Shown here in pieces: positions 13,006 through 25,828 of a DNA stretch of 64,000 bases (positions within the stretch are counted from its first letter, which is position 1; every line of letters starts with the position of its first letter). The notes under the pieces were generated by a model. The model did not search any database. It was not told the DNA's origin and worked only from the letters and a program-made list of their open reading frames with translations. Both the position numbers and the translations under genes were made by a program. Source of the DNA: Octopus sinensis. Its lineage: Eukaryota. Where the stretch lies: assembly GCF_006345805.1 (NCBI RefSeq), contig NC_043000.1, positions 29,326,001-29,390,000 of the forward strand, written 5' to 3'.

Positions 13006-13047
13006 TACACGAAATCCATAAGGCTTCTTTATAATAGAGTTTAGCAA

Positions 13048-13140
13048 GACGGCAAGCTGGAAGAAACGTTAACACGCTTGGTGAAATGCTTTACGTTCTG
13101 AGTTCAAATTCCGCCAAAGTTCATTGACTTTGCCTTCAGT
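13048..13140 (+). mobile_element. SINE-B 5' fragment
   Basis: ggcaagctggaagaaacgttaacacgc...cgttctgagttcaaattccgcc. Confidence 0.75.
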
Positions 13141-13310
13141 CTTGAAAGTCAAGCCATCGTCGAACGATGGCTTGGCTGGCCGAAACTTTGAAGTCTCTGT
13201 CAATAGTAGTCTTGTTTAAGAATCAATGAATATTTATATATGCATATTCGTATGCATATATAAGTACATTTGTGTGTGTGTGCATGTATATGTGTGTGTT
13301 GTTGTATGTG

Positions 13311-13357
<47 letters not shown>

Positions 13358-13784
13358 TATATATATGCGTATATATATCTCCATCCATACATATATACAT
13401 ACATATATGCATATGTGGGTGCGCGTACACACAGACACAGAGACACACACACGCGCGCGCGCACGCACACATACGATGTATCAACATCAATCGAGTGATG
13501 GTGTTAATATGCAGTTTGTTACTCTCTAGTATAAACGCGGTTTATAGAGAAAATACAGCTGATTCGATATTTGATCAATAGAATTTATTAATCAATGCAT
13601 CAAATACAGTTCGTTCCACATCGAGATTAGACAGAACATTCCTGCAAGATGACGAGTGCTATACAACTCCATTTCGAAATCACCAAACTTTGGTTATAAT
13701 GCGTTAATCAGATCTGTAAATAAAAGAGATTGAAGAGGGGGATGAGCACTACAATTACTTCAAAAACCAGATTGTATGTATGTA

Positions 13785-13966
13785 CGTAATATTTCGAATG
13801 TCCAAAACTGCCTTATGTGTTTTCGCCTGAGGTACGTACTACTTTTTTTTTTACCTGAAGATATTCTGCCAGAGAGAAGAATGCAAAACCGGGATAGCAG
13901 GAAAAAGAGACAAAACAAAACAATGCAAATAAACACCGAGAAGTTACGGATATTCGAAATGTTACG
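13785..13966. mobile_element. TA-flanked MITE (182 bp)
   Basis: TIRs cgtaatatttcgaatgtccaaaact and agttacggatattcgaaatgttacg (21 of 25 matches); TA at 13783-84 and 13967-68. Confidence 0.7.
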
Positions 13967-14098
13967 TAACATATATCTGACCGTGTGTTTTGAAACATGT
14001 GTATTATTGAATGACCTCTCCTGTATCTCTTATTTACAGAAATACGCAAGCACACGCACACACATACACACACACACAGACACGAACACACACGCACG

Positions 14099-14130
<32 letters not shown>

Positions 14131-14438
14131 CAGACACACACGCACGCTTATATATAATTATCGAATCAACTGTTTTTGCTCTATAAACATATGTATATAT
14201 GTACACATGCCACGTCAAAAAGCACACCTTGCTACGCACAGCACACACACAGACACTTACACATTCACGCAAACCATTCTCACATACACACACACGCACC
14301 TTCCTTTGGGATCACAAGGACTTTACTGTCTCCCTTTCTTTCAACCTCTTCTTTCAAATTGCTTTCTAATCATTCGCCATAATTGACAACTAAAATTTAC
14401 AAGTGTTTTTTTCATTCTCTGTTTATTTCCTCTTATTC

Positions 14439-14474
14439 CTTTCTGTTGAAGAGCGTATGCTCGAAACATAAAAG
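14439..14474 (+). ncRNA. Degraded minimal hammerhead (GAGC/GCTC family) in a ~170-bp unit (14400-14570)
   Basis: cttt-CTGTTGA-a-gagc gtat gctc-GAAA-c-at-a-aaag. A6 is mutated to U and the stem III G to A. Confidence 0.5.
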
Positions 14475-14584
14475 ACGTTTTCATTTTCCCGAACGTCAAA
14501 CTAATACACCTACTTGTTGTTCATACACCTGTCTCCGTCTTTTGTTTTTCTATAAATTTCAACTAATATTATATATGTATATAA

Positions 14585-14637
<53 letters not shown>

Positions 14638-15173
14638 GACGAATAGATAGATAGAGTAGAGAGGGAGAGTGATTTGTGTGTGAGTATCGGTCTATAAATC
14701 TAAGAACTTAACCAGTTAGCTATCCATAATTTGATGAAGCTGGATATTGAGATTCTGAGAGCATTATACTAACTAACCAACGTATCTGTAAACATTTCCG
14801 AACAGAAATTGGAGTTAGGTGACGCTAAATGTTTGAACAAGTCTGCTATTAATCATCGGAAATGAAGTATTTGCATTGAAATATTTATATACAACAAACT
14901 TCCAGAGTAAATCAACTGGTTTCTGTCAACATATTGTAATGTAATGTAAAGTTTGTTTAATTACAGACCGATGCGCACATAGAAATGGTATTTTGATATT
15001 TCAAAGATATATAATACATACATACATACACACAAACAAACATGTATATATCCATGCATACGTGCATACATACGTGCATACTATTTAAAAAAATAAATAT
15101 ATATGAATATATAATGGCATAGGTAGATATATATGTATATATATATATATATGTATATTATATATATATGTAT

Positions 15174-15207
<34 letters not shown>

Positions 15208-15271
15208 TATATAATACATAGTACAATATATATATATATATATAGGTATATATATATATATATTATATAGG

Positions 15272-15326
<55 letters not shown>

Positions 15327-15378
15327 ATATATTACATATATATATATAATACATAGTACAATATATATATATATAGGT

Positions 15379-15421
<43 letters not shown>

Positions 15422-16789
15422 TAAACTACACCCACAAACACACTCCCCCATCCTCTCTCTCACAGATTTATATGTATGTATATTGACATTCGTATTGTTA
15501 CAACATGGCCACAGTCTTTCAGCAAGCGTGTATTTACTAAATTCTGTATTACTGAAGTGCTATATAATTTGGTCTCCGTATAATTGCTTAGGACAGGGAA
15601 AGAGGAGGAGGAGCGAGAAGATAGGAAGGAAGAGAAAGAAGAGAAAGAAGCAGGAAGCCACATAAGTAATACATAGAAACAAGAAGGCGGGAGAGAAGTC
15701 TGAAGGAGCAATGCAGTAAGAGAAAGAGATGACAGAGATGAATGTCGGAGCGGATAATAAGGAAACAGAGGGAGAAATACTTGGCTAAACTTAAGAAGGG
15801 GTAGGTAGCTAAAAAAAGAAAAAGAAAGGCAAACCAAGTTAGGAATAAGAAATGGGAGACAACCATATCAGCTATGGAGTTGTGGAGGAACAGAATTATG
15901 GTGTGGTTAAAAAAACAATACGAAATAAGTTATATCGAGTTTTAATTGTTTCGGTAGATAACATTTTGAACATTAGGTATTCACGTTTGGTTTGTAAGCT
16001 TGTTGATGTGAATTCGTCTGTTGAATCAGATTTTGTTGGTTGTCGTATATAGTAACAATAATAAACACCCGCATTGGTTTCTATTTCTCTTCTTTTATTA
16101 TTATTAATGAACTGATCAATTGGTGCAACATTTTAACAATTAACTAATCGATTGTTTGATTCATCGTTCGATCAATAAATCAATCAGCTAAGTTTGTCTA
16201 AGTTCTTTCGTTGTCATTCGTGACCTCATCAATGACATGTCCTATCTACGCCAGGTCTCTTTGTCTCTTATTGATTTTGGTTTTGATTATTGTCTATTGA
16301 TTACAAATCATTGGCTATTGATTACTGCTTCATTTATTAGTTTGTTAGATTATTCGTCATATTACACCCTACCATATTTTCTCTTACTTTATCATTGACC
16401 ATAACGGAAAGGAGCCGTTTACGCGTGATTTTAATGTCACATTCGTTGAAAGCATGCGAAATAACCTGGATATCCCCCCCCCCGCGAAACAAAACTCCGT
16501 TGGTAGGAAAGTCGGAGTTTCCCGGCAAACTCCAAGGTCCCTACTAACCATCCCTCCTTTCTTTTCCGAAAAAAGTAGCTTGCAGCGGGTCTGGAGGTCA
16601 GATACGTTGAATGCATTCGAAAAAATCTGTCGGAAAAATTATTTCAGACCGAGATACTAATGGGTCCTTTCGAAATATTTACCACCAGCAGACTAAGTTA
16701 GTGTTATTCTTATTTTAAGAACTCTGTGGAGGATTTGTGCAGTTCTAAGCAACACTGATCGCTGTAGATGCTATGTTTACATTTCCCTC

Positions 16790-17330
16790 TATCTTTTCTA
16801 TCCAAAGTGTGTGTTTCTTTCTTGTAGTTCGAAAGGCTCCAACGAAAACATGTACAACATTCACCTTCTCCAAAGGCCATAATTTTTTCATCTCCATCTT
16901 CAAATCACCACTTCAGACCTGCTTCTCTTCTCCTTCCGATGCTTCATCACCACCAGGGCATGCAACATCTATGATTCAACAGTTTTTTTGCCCTCTTTAT
17001 TCACAAACACTAGAGACAACTTTCAATGTTCAGTTTCATTATCACATTGGACAATTACATCTAAAAATATATTTACCTCGTCATTCTAAATTACTCCTGC
17101 GCAGCCGCAGATAAGCGCTTCTCATTCTGGTTTCAAGTCATCCTTCCTTAGCTGGTGTCGCCCTCCATCGGCGTCTGTATTCTTGTTCACTTCTCTCGCA
17201 AACTGACCATACACATTTTTCCCAATCTATTTTCTTTCGTATTTCTTATTCTTTTCTTCTTTGTACTCTTTCTCCATACAAGTTTCTGTCTTCACTAAAC
17301 CAAGCATTCTTAACCACTCAGCCTGCCTGT
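16790..17330 (-). pseudogene. Degraded non-LTR retrotransposon with restriction-like endonuclease (R4/Dong-like) C-terminus
   Basis: Minus-strand translation, with stops and frameshifts, gives VYGQFARE (17191-17211), DDLKPE*EALIC, IIDVACP (16955-16975) and DLKMEMKKLWPLEKVNVVHVFVGAF, matching the REL-type LINE pattern IDVAxP...KYxDL...W...VPVVVGALG. Confidence 0.75.
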
Positions 17331-17689
17331 TCCTATTAGAATATGTAACACCATAACTTTAATCTTATAACGTCGGTTTTCTTCTGGAGAAATCTCGTAG
17401 ATAATTACACGGTAGACAGTCAAAAGGAAACCAAAACGTTTGTTATATTCAACCCGTAATAACGACTGAAGCTGTATTGTAGTTGATCTCTGTTATTTTT
17501 GTTCACTGCAAAATTGGAGACAATAATTTACAAATATTTTCTATATTTAATAATTTTTTATTCGTTTATATATGCAGTGCGGGTTCAAGTATATAGATGG
17601 ATTCTGCTGTCCGTTATAACGCCACTAACGAACACTAGAAGCGCGTCGGTTAATTTATACAAGAATATTATATGTAAGTGATTATGTAT

Positions 17690-17875
17690 CATGATAAGAG
17701 CCACTATGATTGTGTGGTTAACATGCTCGCTTTGTAACCTTCTGATTTCGGGTTCGGTCTTACTGAATGGCACCTTGAGCAAGTGTATTCTCTTATAGCC
17801 TCAGGGCTATAAGAGAATACACTTGCAAATGTATCTGGTTGACTAAAACTTCATGGAAGCTCGATATTATATATA
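17690..17875 (+). mobile_element. Diverged SINE-A head containing a perfect hairpin
   Basis: gtgtggttaacatgctcgct...tcgggttcggtcttactg..ggcaccttgagcaagtgt. Confidence 0.7.
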
Positions 17876-17894
17876 TATATATATATGATGTGTG

Positions 17895-18094
17895 ATCACA
17901 TGTGTATCGTTGGCAATTTTCATTCTCCGTCTTCCCTTCCTTGGACCTTTCCTTTTTCTATGTTTCTGACGAAGAGTTCTGCTCGAAGCGTTAAATCCTC
18001 CTTCTTTCTTTCCTTTTCTGAGCGTCCAATAACACTATACCTTTTCCACGTCCTCGCGTTGGTGTGTTTTCTCTTTGTTCATGTTTGGATTAAC
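17895..18094 (+). mobile_element. About 200-bp hammerhead-bearing unit (Penelope pLTR-like), motif at 17962-17996
   Basis: Collinear with 37897-38094 (cgttggcaatttt...ctgagcgtccaataa...ccacgtcctcgcgt...tgtttggattaac). Motif gttt-CTGACGA-a-gagt tct gctc-GAAG-c-gt-t-aaat, A15.1 mutated. Followed by (TA)n. Confidence 0.7.
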
Positions 18095-18115
18095 TATATA
18101 TATGTGTGATATATA

Positions 18116-18237
<122 letters not shown>

Positions 18238-18332
18238 GATTGAGGTGGAAATAGCGCAGAATGAAATTTAAGACATTTCAATTTAGAAAGAATTTAATAA
18301 AATGATTTTAAAATTATATAAAGAACATATAA

Positions 18333-18375
18333 AATATTATCGGTTTCGATGATGAAGCTAATCTTATCAAATATT
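18333..18375 (-). ncRNA. Hammerhead motif with U3-A8 core (left palindrome arm)
   Basis: Minus strand: aatat-TTGATAA-gat tagcttcatc atc-GAAA-ccg-at-a-atatt. Confidence 0.55.
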
Positions 18376-18551
18376 AGTAAAAGTTTTTAAAAACTCTAAG
18401 TAAAACAGTTTATTTTCTGTTTGGGGGTCAAAGACATACATTGAAGTCTTCTTTAAATATGAAGAAGACTTCAACGAAAAAACTCCAGGCATGGTTTTGA
18501 CCCCCGAACAGAAAATAAACAGTTTTTACTTAAAAAAAAAAAAAATTTACT

Positions 18552-18594
18552 AATATTTGATAAGATTAGATTTATCATCGAGACCGGTAATATT
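18552..18594 (+). ncRNA. Hammerhead motif with U3-A8 core (right palindrome arm)
   Basis: aatat-TTGATAA-gat tagatttatc atc-GAGA-ccg-gt-a-atatt; stem III palindrome ACCGGT; GUA; A14 mutated to G. Confidence 0.55.
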
Positions 18595-18770
18595 TTATAT
18601 ATTTAAAAATATAATTTTAAAATCATTTTATTAATTCTTTGAAATATCTTAGATCTACTTCTGTGCTATTTCCACCCCCATCTTTTATATATAAAGATTA
18701 TATTTGTATAGAAATCCAATCTTTTTTCAACCTAGTATGTTTATATATATATAATATATATATATATATA

Positions 18771-18928
<158 letters not shown>

Positions 18929-19036
18929 TATATATATATATATATATAATATATATATATATATACACTATATATATGTGTATATCTATATATCTATGTA
19001 TGTATGTATGAATATGTATATATATATATATATATA

Positions 19037-19357
19037 GTGAGGGCGCGTGGCTTAGTGGTTAGGGCATTCGACTCATGATCGTAAGGTTGTGAGTTCGATT
19101 CCCGGCGACGCGTTGTGTCCTTGAGCAAGACACTTTATTTCACGTTGCTCCAGTCTACTCAGCTGGCAAAAATGAGTTGTACTTGTATTTCAAAGGGTCA
19201 GCCTTGTCACTCTCTTTGTCACGCTGATTATCCCCGAGAACTACGTTAAGGGTACACGTGTCTGTGGAATGCTCAGCCATTTGCACGTTAATTTCACGAG
19301 CAAGCTGTTCCGTTGATCGTATCAACTGGGACCCTCGTCGTCGTAACCGGCGGAGTC
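19037..19357 (+). mobile_element. SINE family C (tRNA-derived, CORE-like segment), full length
   Basis: A box tggcttagtgg, B box gagttcgattccc, then ttgtgtccttgagcaagacacttt (CORE-like). Head recurs at 32294 and tail at 48550. Confidence 0.85.
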
Positions 19358-19397
<40 letters not shown>

Positions 19398-19531
19398 AAA
19401 GTAAAAAATACAAACTGAGACAAGAACGTGAAACATTTAGAAGACGACACAAAAAACATTCGACGGGACATTCGAAGCCTTCAATCTTCAGTCAAGAACC
19501 GGATCATCTTCGCAATTTCGGCTGATATATA

Positions 19532-19624
<93 letters not shown>

Positions 19625-19639
19625 ATATATATTGCGTTG

Positions 19640-19832
19640 TGTTTATTCTCCTCTCTTGTTGGTTTGCTTACGTCCTCGAAAACAGTGGTTCGGAAATAAA
19701 AGATTAATAGAAATAAGTACGCGACCTAAAAAGCATAAATACTGGGTCGTCGATTTGTTCGATTAAATCCTTCAAGATTGTGCCCCAGCATGGCACCAGT
19801 CGACTAACTGAGACAAGTAAAAGATTAAAAAA
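19640..19832 (+). mobile_element. SINE-A tail, diverged
   Basis: ggttcggaaataaaagattaatagaaataagtac...gtgccccagcatggcacc...ctgagacaagtaaaaga. Confidence 0.7.
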
Positions 19833-20149
19833 GAAAATAATAAAGGTATGTTCGCCTGCTCGTGATTCTCTTCCACTCTGGGTGATTAATGTTGGACGAA
19901 GAATCGTAAATTAACGACAACGGCAACAACAACAACAGCAACAAGAATCTTCTCCATTGGTTGTCTTGTTTTCTTGCGTTTGATAAATATTTACCAAAGA
20001 TCAAACGGCCCAAGTAAATATGTTTCTGCGAAATGTTTTAGCTTTCTGGTCACATCTATCATAGATTATCAAATGGAAGCGAACGCTATAAACATTCTTG
20101 TATGATCGCAAATAATAAACAACAACAAAACCAGCAGGAACAACGACAC

Positions 20150-20151
20150 CA

Positions 20152-20221
<70 letters not shown>

Positions 20222-20278
20222 TAGTATTAGTAGTAGTAGTAATAATAATAATAATAATGATGATGATGATAATAATAA

Positions 20279-20319
<41 letters not shown>

Positions 20320-20400
20320 ATAATAATGATAATGATAATGATAATAATAGTAGTAGTAGTAGTAGTAGTAATGATAATAATAATAATAATAATAATAAAG
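20150..20400. repeat. (AAT)n/(AGT)n/(GAT)n compound microsatellite
   Basis: Read directly from sequence. Confidence 0.95.
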
Positions 20401-21809
20401 AGAAAATTCGAAAAATGCCCAACAAAAACGATAATGTAAAATAAAATAAACAACTGCTATTTAAGCAAACTGTGATTGATAGTTTCAAGTAAGCTTCTTT
20501 TCTCTATTTTGCCCTCGTTCCTTCCTTTCTTCCTTCGTTCTTCCCATTTTTTTTTTTTTGGTTTTTGCTGTTTTTGTTGCCTATCTCACTCATCTCGTTC
20601 ATCCCACCGTTGATTAAAACTTCGTTTCAAAATGAACGAAGGCAATATGTTTACTAAAAGATTAGAAATGATTTCGAAGTTTAACCCTAGATATAAATTC
20701 TAATCTTTCTCAAAGAATCACGTTTGAAATTAGAGTTGAATATTTTTCAGCAAAGATCGTTTAGCATTAACATTGCTTTTATCACATTTTACCTTAAATG
20801 TTCTCAGTTCCCAGTCAAAGAAACTCAAAGAAAAATAAAATAATATAGAATATATATTTCACGCACGTTTGACGGCCAGGAATTTTCTTCCATTTTCCCC
20901 AATTCATTTCTATTATTCTCTCTTCCCGTCTCTCTCAGCCACTCCCTCTCTCTATCGTTCTCTCTCTCTTTACCATTCTCTCTCTATCGTTCTCTCTCTC
21001 TTTACCATTCTCTCTCGCTACCATACTCTTTCCCCTCTTTCCTTTCTGTCTATTCCATTTCCTTTTCCCTCTTTTCTCTCTCCCTCATCCATCTCTGTTT
21101 ATGTCCGTATTCTTGTTTTTATTTTTTTAAAAATTTCTCTTTGATTTCTTTTTGTTTGTTTGTTATAGTTTTCGTTTTTAATAATTTCTAAATTGAATTA
21201 ATAAACCGTTTCTGATTAATTTTCACAATTTTGAAACTATTGCAGAAGAATACCAGTTTTTAATAATCATTTTCTTTCACAAACAAAAATTAAAAAAACA
21301 ACAACATCAATAACAACAACAACAACAACAACAACAAAAAGACAACAACAACAACAACAACAACAGCCTACGCGAAAATCATCCTGGAATCATCAAAGAA
21401 TACAATCAGCAGACAAACATGAAAATGATGCCAAATTTAACAATTTAACAAATTTTACTACAAATAATAATTCATTTGGCATGTAATTTCAACACAGTAA
21501 CATCAACAAAGACGAAAGCCGCCATTACATTTATTTCGTTAATTTCTCCTCCCCACCCTCCCTCCCTTATACACTCTGGGACAATTCTTTCCTATTACCG
21601 AGGAATTTAATGAGTTATGTTTTTAGAAAGGTTTTTTTGTGTAAATCTTTTATATGGCCTGTAGAATTTTAGAAAATTCTTTGGATATTTTTTGTTTCGT
21701 TCTTTTAAGAATTACAAATCAAATTCGTTTATTTTTAGCAATCATCGCCGTCCGAAACTAAAAATTTAAGAAATATTACGAATTAATTATAAAGAAAGTC
21801 CTTATATTG

Positions 21810-21836
21810 TTTATTATTATTATTATTATTATTATT

Positions 21837-21871
<35 letters not shown>

Positions 21872-21903
21872 TATTATTATTATTATTATCATCATCATCA
21901 TCA

Positions 21904-21959
<56 letters not shown>

Positions 21960-22170
21960 TACTTATTGAAAAGATAATAAAACGAGAAAATAAATGAAAG
22001 AAAAGAAAGAAGTGGAGGAGGGGAAGAGGAAGGTGAAGAAAAGAAGATTGAGAAGATGGGTAATAGTGATGATGGTGATGGAGAAAGAGTAGTAGTAGTT
22101 AGGGTAGTGGTGGTGGGGTGGTGAGATTGTAGAGATACGAGTAGTAATCGTGGTAGTGATTGTAGTAGTG

Positions 22171-22201
<31 letters not shown>

Positions 22202-22298
22202 CTTTAGTCGTAGTTTTAGCTGCAGAGGGAAGAGAAGGAGGAGTACGAAGAAAAGAAGATAGAGGATGAGGATAAATGAAGAAAGAAAATAGACGAAG

Positions 22299-22348
<50 letters not shown>

Positions 22349-22778
22349 GACTACTATTACTAGTGTATTTGTAAAAAAGGAAGAGGTGAAAGAGAAGAAG
22401 AGGGAGAAGGAGGAGAAGAGGATGATGATGATGATGAAGAAGAAAAATGAGAAGAAGAAGAAGAAGAAGAAGAAGAAGAAGAAGAAGACGAAGGCGAAGA
22501 AGAAGAAGAAGAAGACGAAGAAGAAGAAGATTGAGTAGAAAGAGACGATGATGCTGAAGAAGAAAAAGAAATGATGACAATGATGATAAAGAAGAAGAAG
22601 GGAAGATGACGATGATGAAGAAGAAGATAAAGATAAATAAAATGATAATGATGATGAAGAAGAAGAATGAGAAGAAGAAGAAGAAAAGTAGAAGAAGAAA
22701 AGAGGAGAAGAAGTAGTAGAATGAGAAGAAGAATCAGAAGAAAGACACGATGATGACGAAGAAAAAGAAGAAAAAGAA

Positions 22779-22813
<35 letters not shown>

Positions 22814-22865
22814 AGATAAGAAAAAGAAAAACAAAATGATAATGATGAAGAAGAAGAAGAAGAAG

Positions 22866-22896
<31 letters not shown>

Positions 22897-22900
22897 CAAC
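21810..22900. repeat. (TTA)n/(TCA)n followed by a long (GAA)n/(GAT)n/(GTA)n purine-rich tract
   Basis: Read directly from sequence. Confidence 0.95.
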
Positions 22901-23018
22901 AAAGAAAATTAAAGAAGCAGTTTCATTTCAGAAGGAAATGAGACGTTTAAAAAATAATCTGGCCGATCAGTTGTTGATATATTTACAGCATATGATTTGT
23001 GTGCACTGTGGCCTTCAT

Positions 23019-23214
23019 CCTTGCTTTGCTTGCTTTACCTCTTGCTCTTGGTTGATGGGGCTTGGGTCATCGCAGGTTAGTGGTCCCAGAGGCGTCATCA
23101 TACGTCGAGCCGACCAAGTCCACCAGTACCCCACCTCTCCCTCCTTCGCTGGCGGTCCCGTGCCAGTCCCTCTGCATCCTCCGGAAGTTCTTCGTTAATC
23201 ATGTCCAGCCAACC
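23019..23214 (-). mobile_element. RTE-clade LINE 3' end
   Basis: Minus strand WLDMINEELPEDAEGLARDRQRR resembles the RTE C-terminal W.D.I......A.DR..W segment. It is followed by a short UTR and a (GCAA)-type tail. Confidence 0.6.
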
Positions 23215-23341
23215 AACCATTTCGAGGAATTTCTTTGATTCATTGATTAGATATTTCTAGGAAGGGATCGATTAATAATCAATGAGCCAATTGTTTTTCG
23301 AAACAATCATTAGAAAGTTTCTTTTCATTATTTCGGAGAAG

Positions 23342-23560
23342 AAAAGCGGTGAAATGGCAGAAAGGTCAGCACGCCGGGCGTAATGCTTAGCGCTATTTCG
23401 TCTGTCTTTACGTCCTGAGTTCGAATTCCGCCGAGGTTGACTTTACCTTTCATTGTCTCGGGGCTGTTAATATAGGTACCAGTTAATCAATGTAATCATC
23501 TTAACCACTTCCTACAAACTTGGAAGTGGTTAAGATGATTACAAATTTGGAACAATTATT
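23342..23560 (+). mobile_element. SINE-B, diverged, tail replaced by a perfect hairpin
   Basis: tggcagaaaggtcagcacgccgggcgtaatgcttagc...gagttcgaattccgccgaggttgacttt. Confidence 0.8.
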
Positions 23561-23644
23561 AAAGTGAGGAAATGGCCTAATCGTTAGTTCCACGAACAAA
23601 AATAAACTTTAAAAAAATTTTAATGGCATTGACCCCGACTTAAC

Positions 23645-23765
23645 ACATTCTGCGTTCAAATTCTTTCGAGTCCAACTTTGCCTTTCATCGTTTCAGGGTC
23701 GATGGTATTGATCAATCCTCTGCCTTCTGAATTACTGGCCCTGTGCTTAAATTAGAAATAATATT
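23645..23765 (+). mobile_element. SINE-B fragment
   Basis: gcgttcaaattc...actttgcctttcatcgtttcagggtcgat...tggccctgtgc. Confidence 0.65.
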
Positions 23766-24065
23766 TCAGCAGAGAAACAAAATGGTGTTGTCTACAACAG
23801 TAACAAGTTCTCACACATTGGCGAAATTGATGCGGATTATGTTCAGTTTTAAACTCTGTTGGATTCCTGTAGAAGAAACCTGAGTATGGAGTGAGGGCCC
23901 AATATGGAACGTTATTGGCAAGAAGGATTGTAAAAGTGTGTGTCTGTGTGTGAGATAAAGTAATGAGAGAAGGAGGAGGGGGGAGCGAATATGATAGGGG
24001 AGGGGAATCAAATGGAATTCGCTACTTCATAGAAGCAAAAACAGCTGCACATGAAAAAGATAGAT

Positions 24066-24102
<37 letters not shown>

Positions 24103-24122
24103 CGGGAAGAGATAGATAGATA

Positions 24123-24159
<37 letters not shown>

Positions 24160-24248
24160 AGTGTTTGAGAAAGGTTGTAGTGAAAACAAAGGAGAGAGAT
24201 GAAGAGAGACCGGTAGACATAGATAGATAGACAGACAGACAGACAGGG

Positions 24249-24303
<55 letters not shown>

Positions 24304-24631
24304 CTGGTAGATAGATAGATAAATAGATAGATAGATAGACAGACAGACATGTAGATAGATAGATAATTAGATAGATTGGTCGGTAGATAGACAGATTGAT
24401 AAATGGATGGAAACAATGGAAAATTCGGTGTGTTGGTGTTTTAGCGTTGGAAAACGAAGCAGATTGCTGTTTTGTCGGTGATGCCGTATAAACTATGGCA
24501 GATGTAAAGGTGAAGCACATTCATTGAGAAACAAGTTGCTGTCAAATAAAGGCTACCTTGAGCCCGGAAAGGAATTTAGTGACGTTATTTCTATGCAGTG
24601 TTTAATTAAATTAATGAGCATATGTATGCCG

Positions 24632-24712
24632 AAATACTGGTTTCAGATTTTGGCACAAGGTCAGCAATTTCAGGGGAGGGGAATACACTAACCCTTCTCC
24701 CAGATCGCCGCC
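24632..24712 (-). mobile_element. SINE-B with large internal deletion
   Basis: Tail ggtttcagattttggcacaaggtcagcaatttc joined to the head end tcgccgcctt. Confidence 0.6.
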
Positions 24713-25669
24713 TTAATAAACAATTGTTTAGTGCTACATGTAGCGCATTCTCATCCTGTAGAGTGGTGTGGATACTACCGTACTTAGTAGTCTTACTGTC
24801 TGTCAAACACAGAGGAAATGTAGGAGAAATTATGATGAGCAGAAGCTTATATCATTTGTTCCCTACGTATGTTTCACCATTGTGGTTATTTGTCATTTTT
24901 GCATTGGATATTTCAAACCGAAATATTAAGAAACTGAGGACCCTCCAACCGTGATCCTCACATGAATAGTGGGTGAAGAAAATGGATGGAAGTCCAAAAT
25001 TCTGAATGAAACAAGTAAGATTCTAACTGAAGCGTTCGCGACTTTTTTTTTACTGGGAAGTATTTACGAAGAGTTGTACAACATAACTGTCCTGATTTAA
25101 ACATTTAGGCCTTCGTACGCAGTCGAAGCCGAGCTTTGTTTTATCCTATTTATTAAGAGCCAGACAGAATCGCCTAAATTCTAGTTTTGCTTGTTTCAGA
25201 ATTTCTTTCTCTGAAATTAGTTTACAAGATATTATTTATGAATCAATTTCTGCGTTTGTGATGGAATATATTTTAATAAACCGAACAGAGCTGATTTCAA
25301 TGACAAAGGAGTCGAATGAATACTTTATAAACAAACCATTACGCTCATTTACGCAAGCACACACTCGGCCATTTAGACAGACAGACACACAAACACAAAT
25401 CTATACATATGCCTTCACTGTTCAAAAGGATATTTCAAAGGAGGATTATAAATATGATCCCGGGATCAAACATGATCAGAGAATAGAATCGATCCAGTTG
25501 AGAATTATTTTATAGTAATAAACAAATTCAAAGGCAGCCGCTTCCAGACAAACGTTTTTGTTTTCTTTTCTTTAATGGCAATGTGCTGTTTCTAAGATCT
25601 TTCGATTGCGTTTCATTCCAGCTGACCATCTGCTCTTTGATCAAAATTTAAGTTTATTTGCTTATGTTT

Positions 25670-25724
<55 letters not shown>

Positions 25725-25796
25725 GTATGTATATATATGTGTATGTATATATATGTGTATGTATATATATATATATATATACATATATATATACAT

Positions 25797-25828
<32 letters not shown>

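Noticed and set aside
15850-16030. Possible Penelope GIY-YIG C-terminal remnant on the minus strand (KREYLMFKMLST)
   Set aside because: Only a vague resemblance, with no catalytic motif; needs an HMM search.
16195-16238. Minus-strand TTGATGA-ggtca cgaa tgac-aac-GAAA...TA motif
   Set aside because: Uncompensated C3U, bulged stem II, poor stems I and III.
19037-19110. tRNA-like sequence with A and B boxes
   Set aside because: No proper acceptor stem; it continues into SINE body and tail, so it is a SINE head. The same applies to the SINE-A and SINE-B heads.
19393-19525. Minus-strand CTGAAGA...cttcGAAtgtc in a pLTR-looking fragment
   Set aside because: GAAA is incomplete and stem I does not pair.
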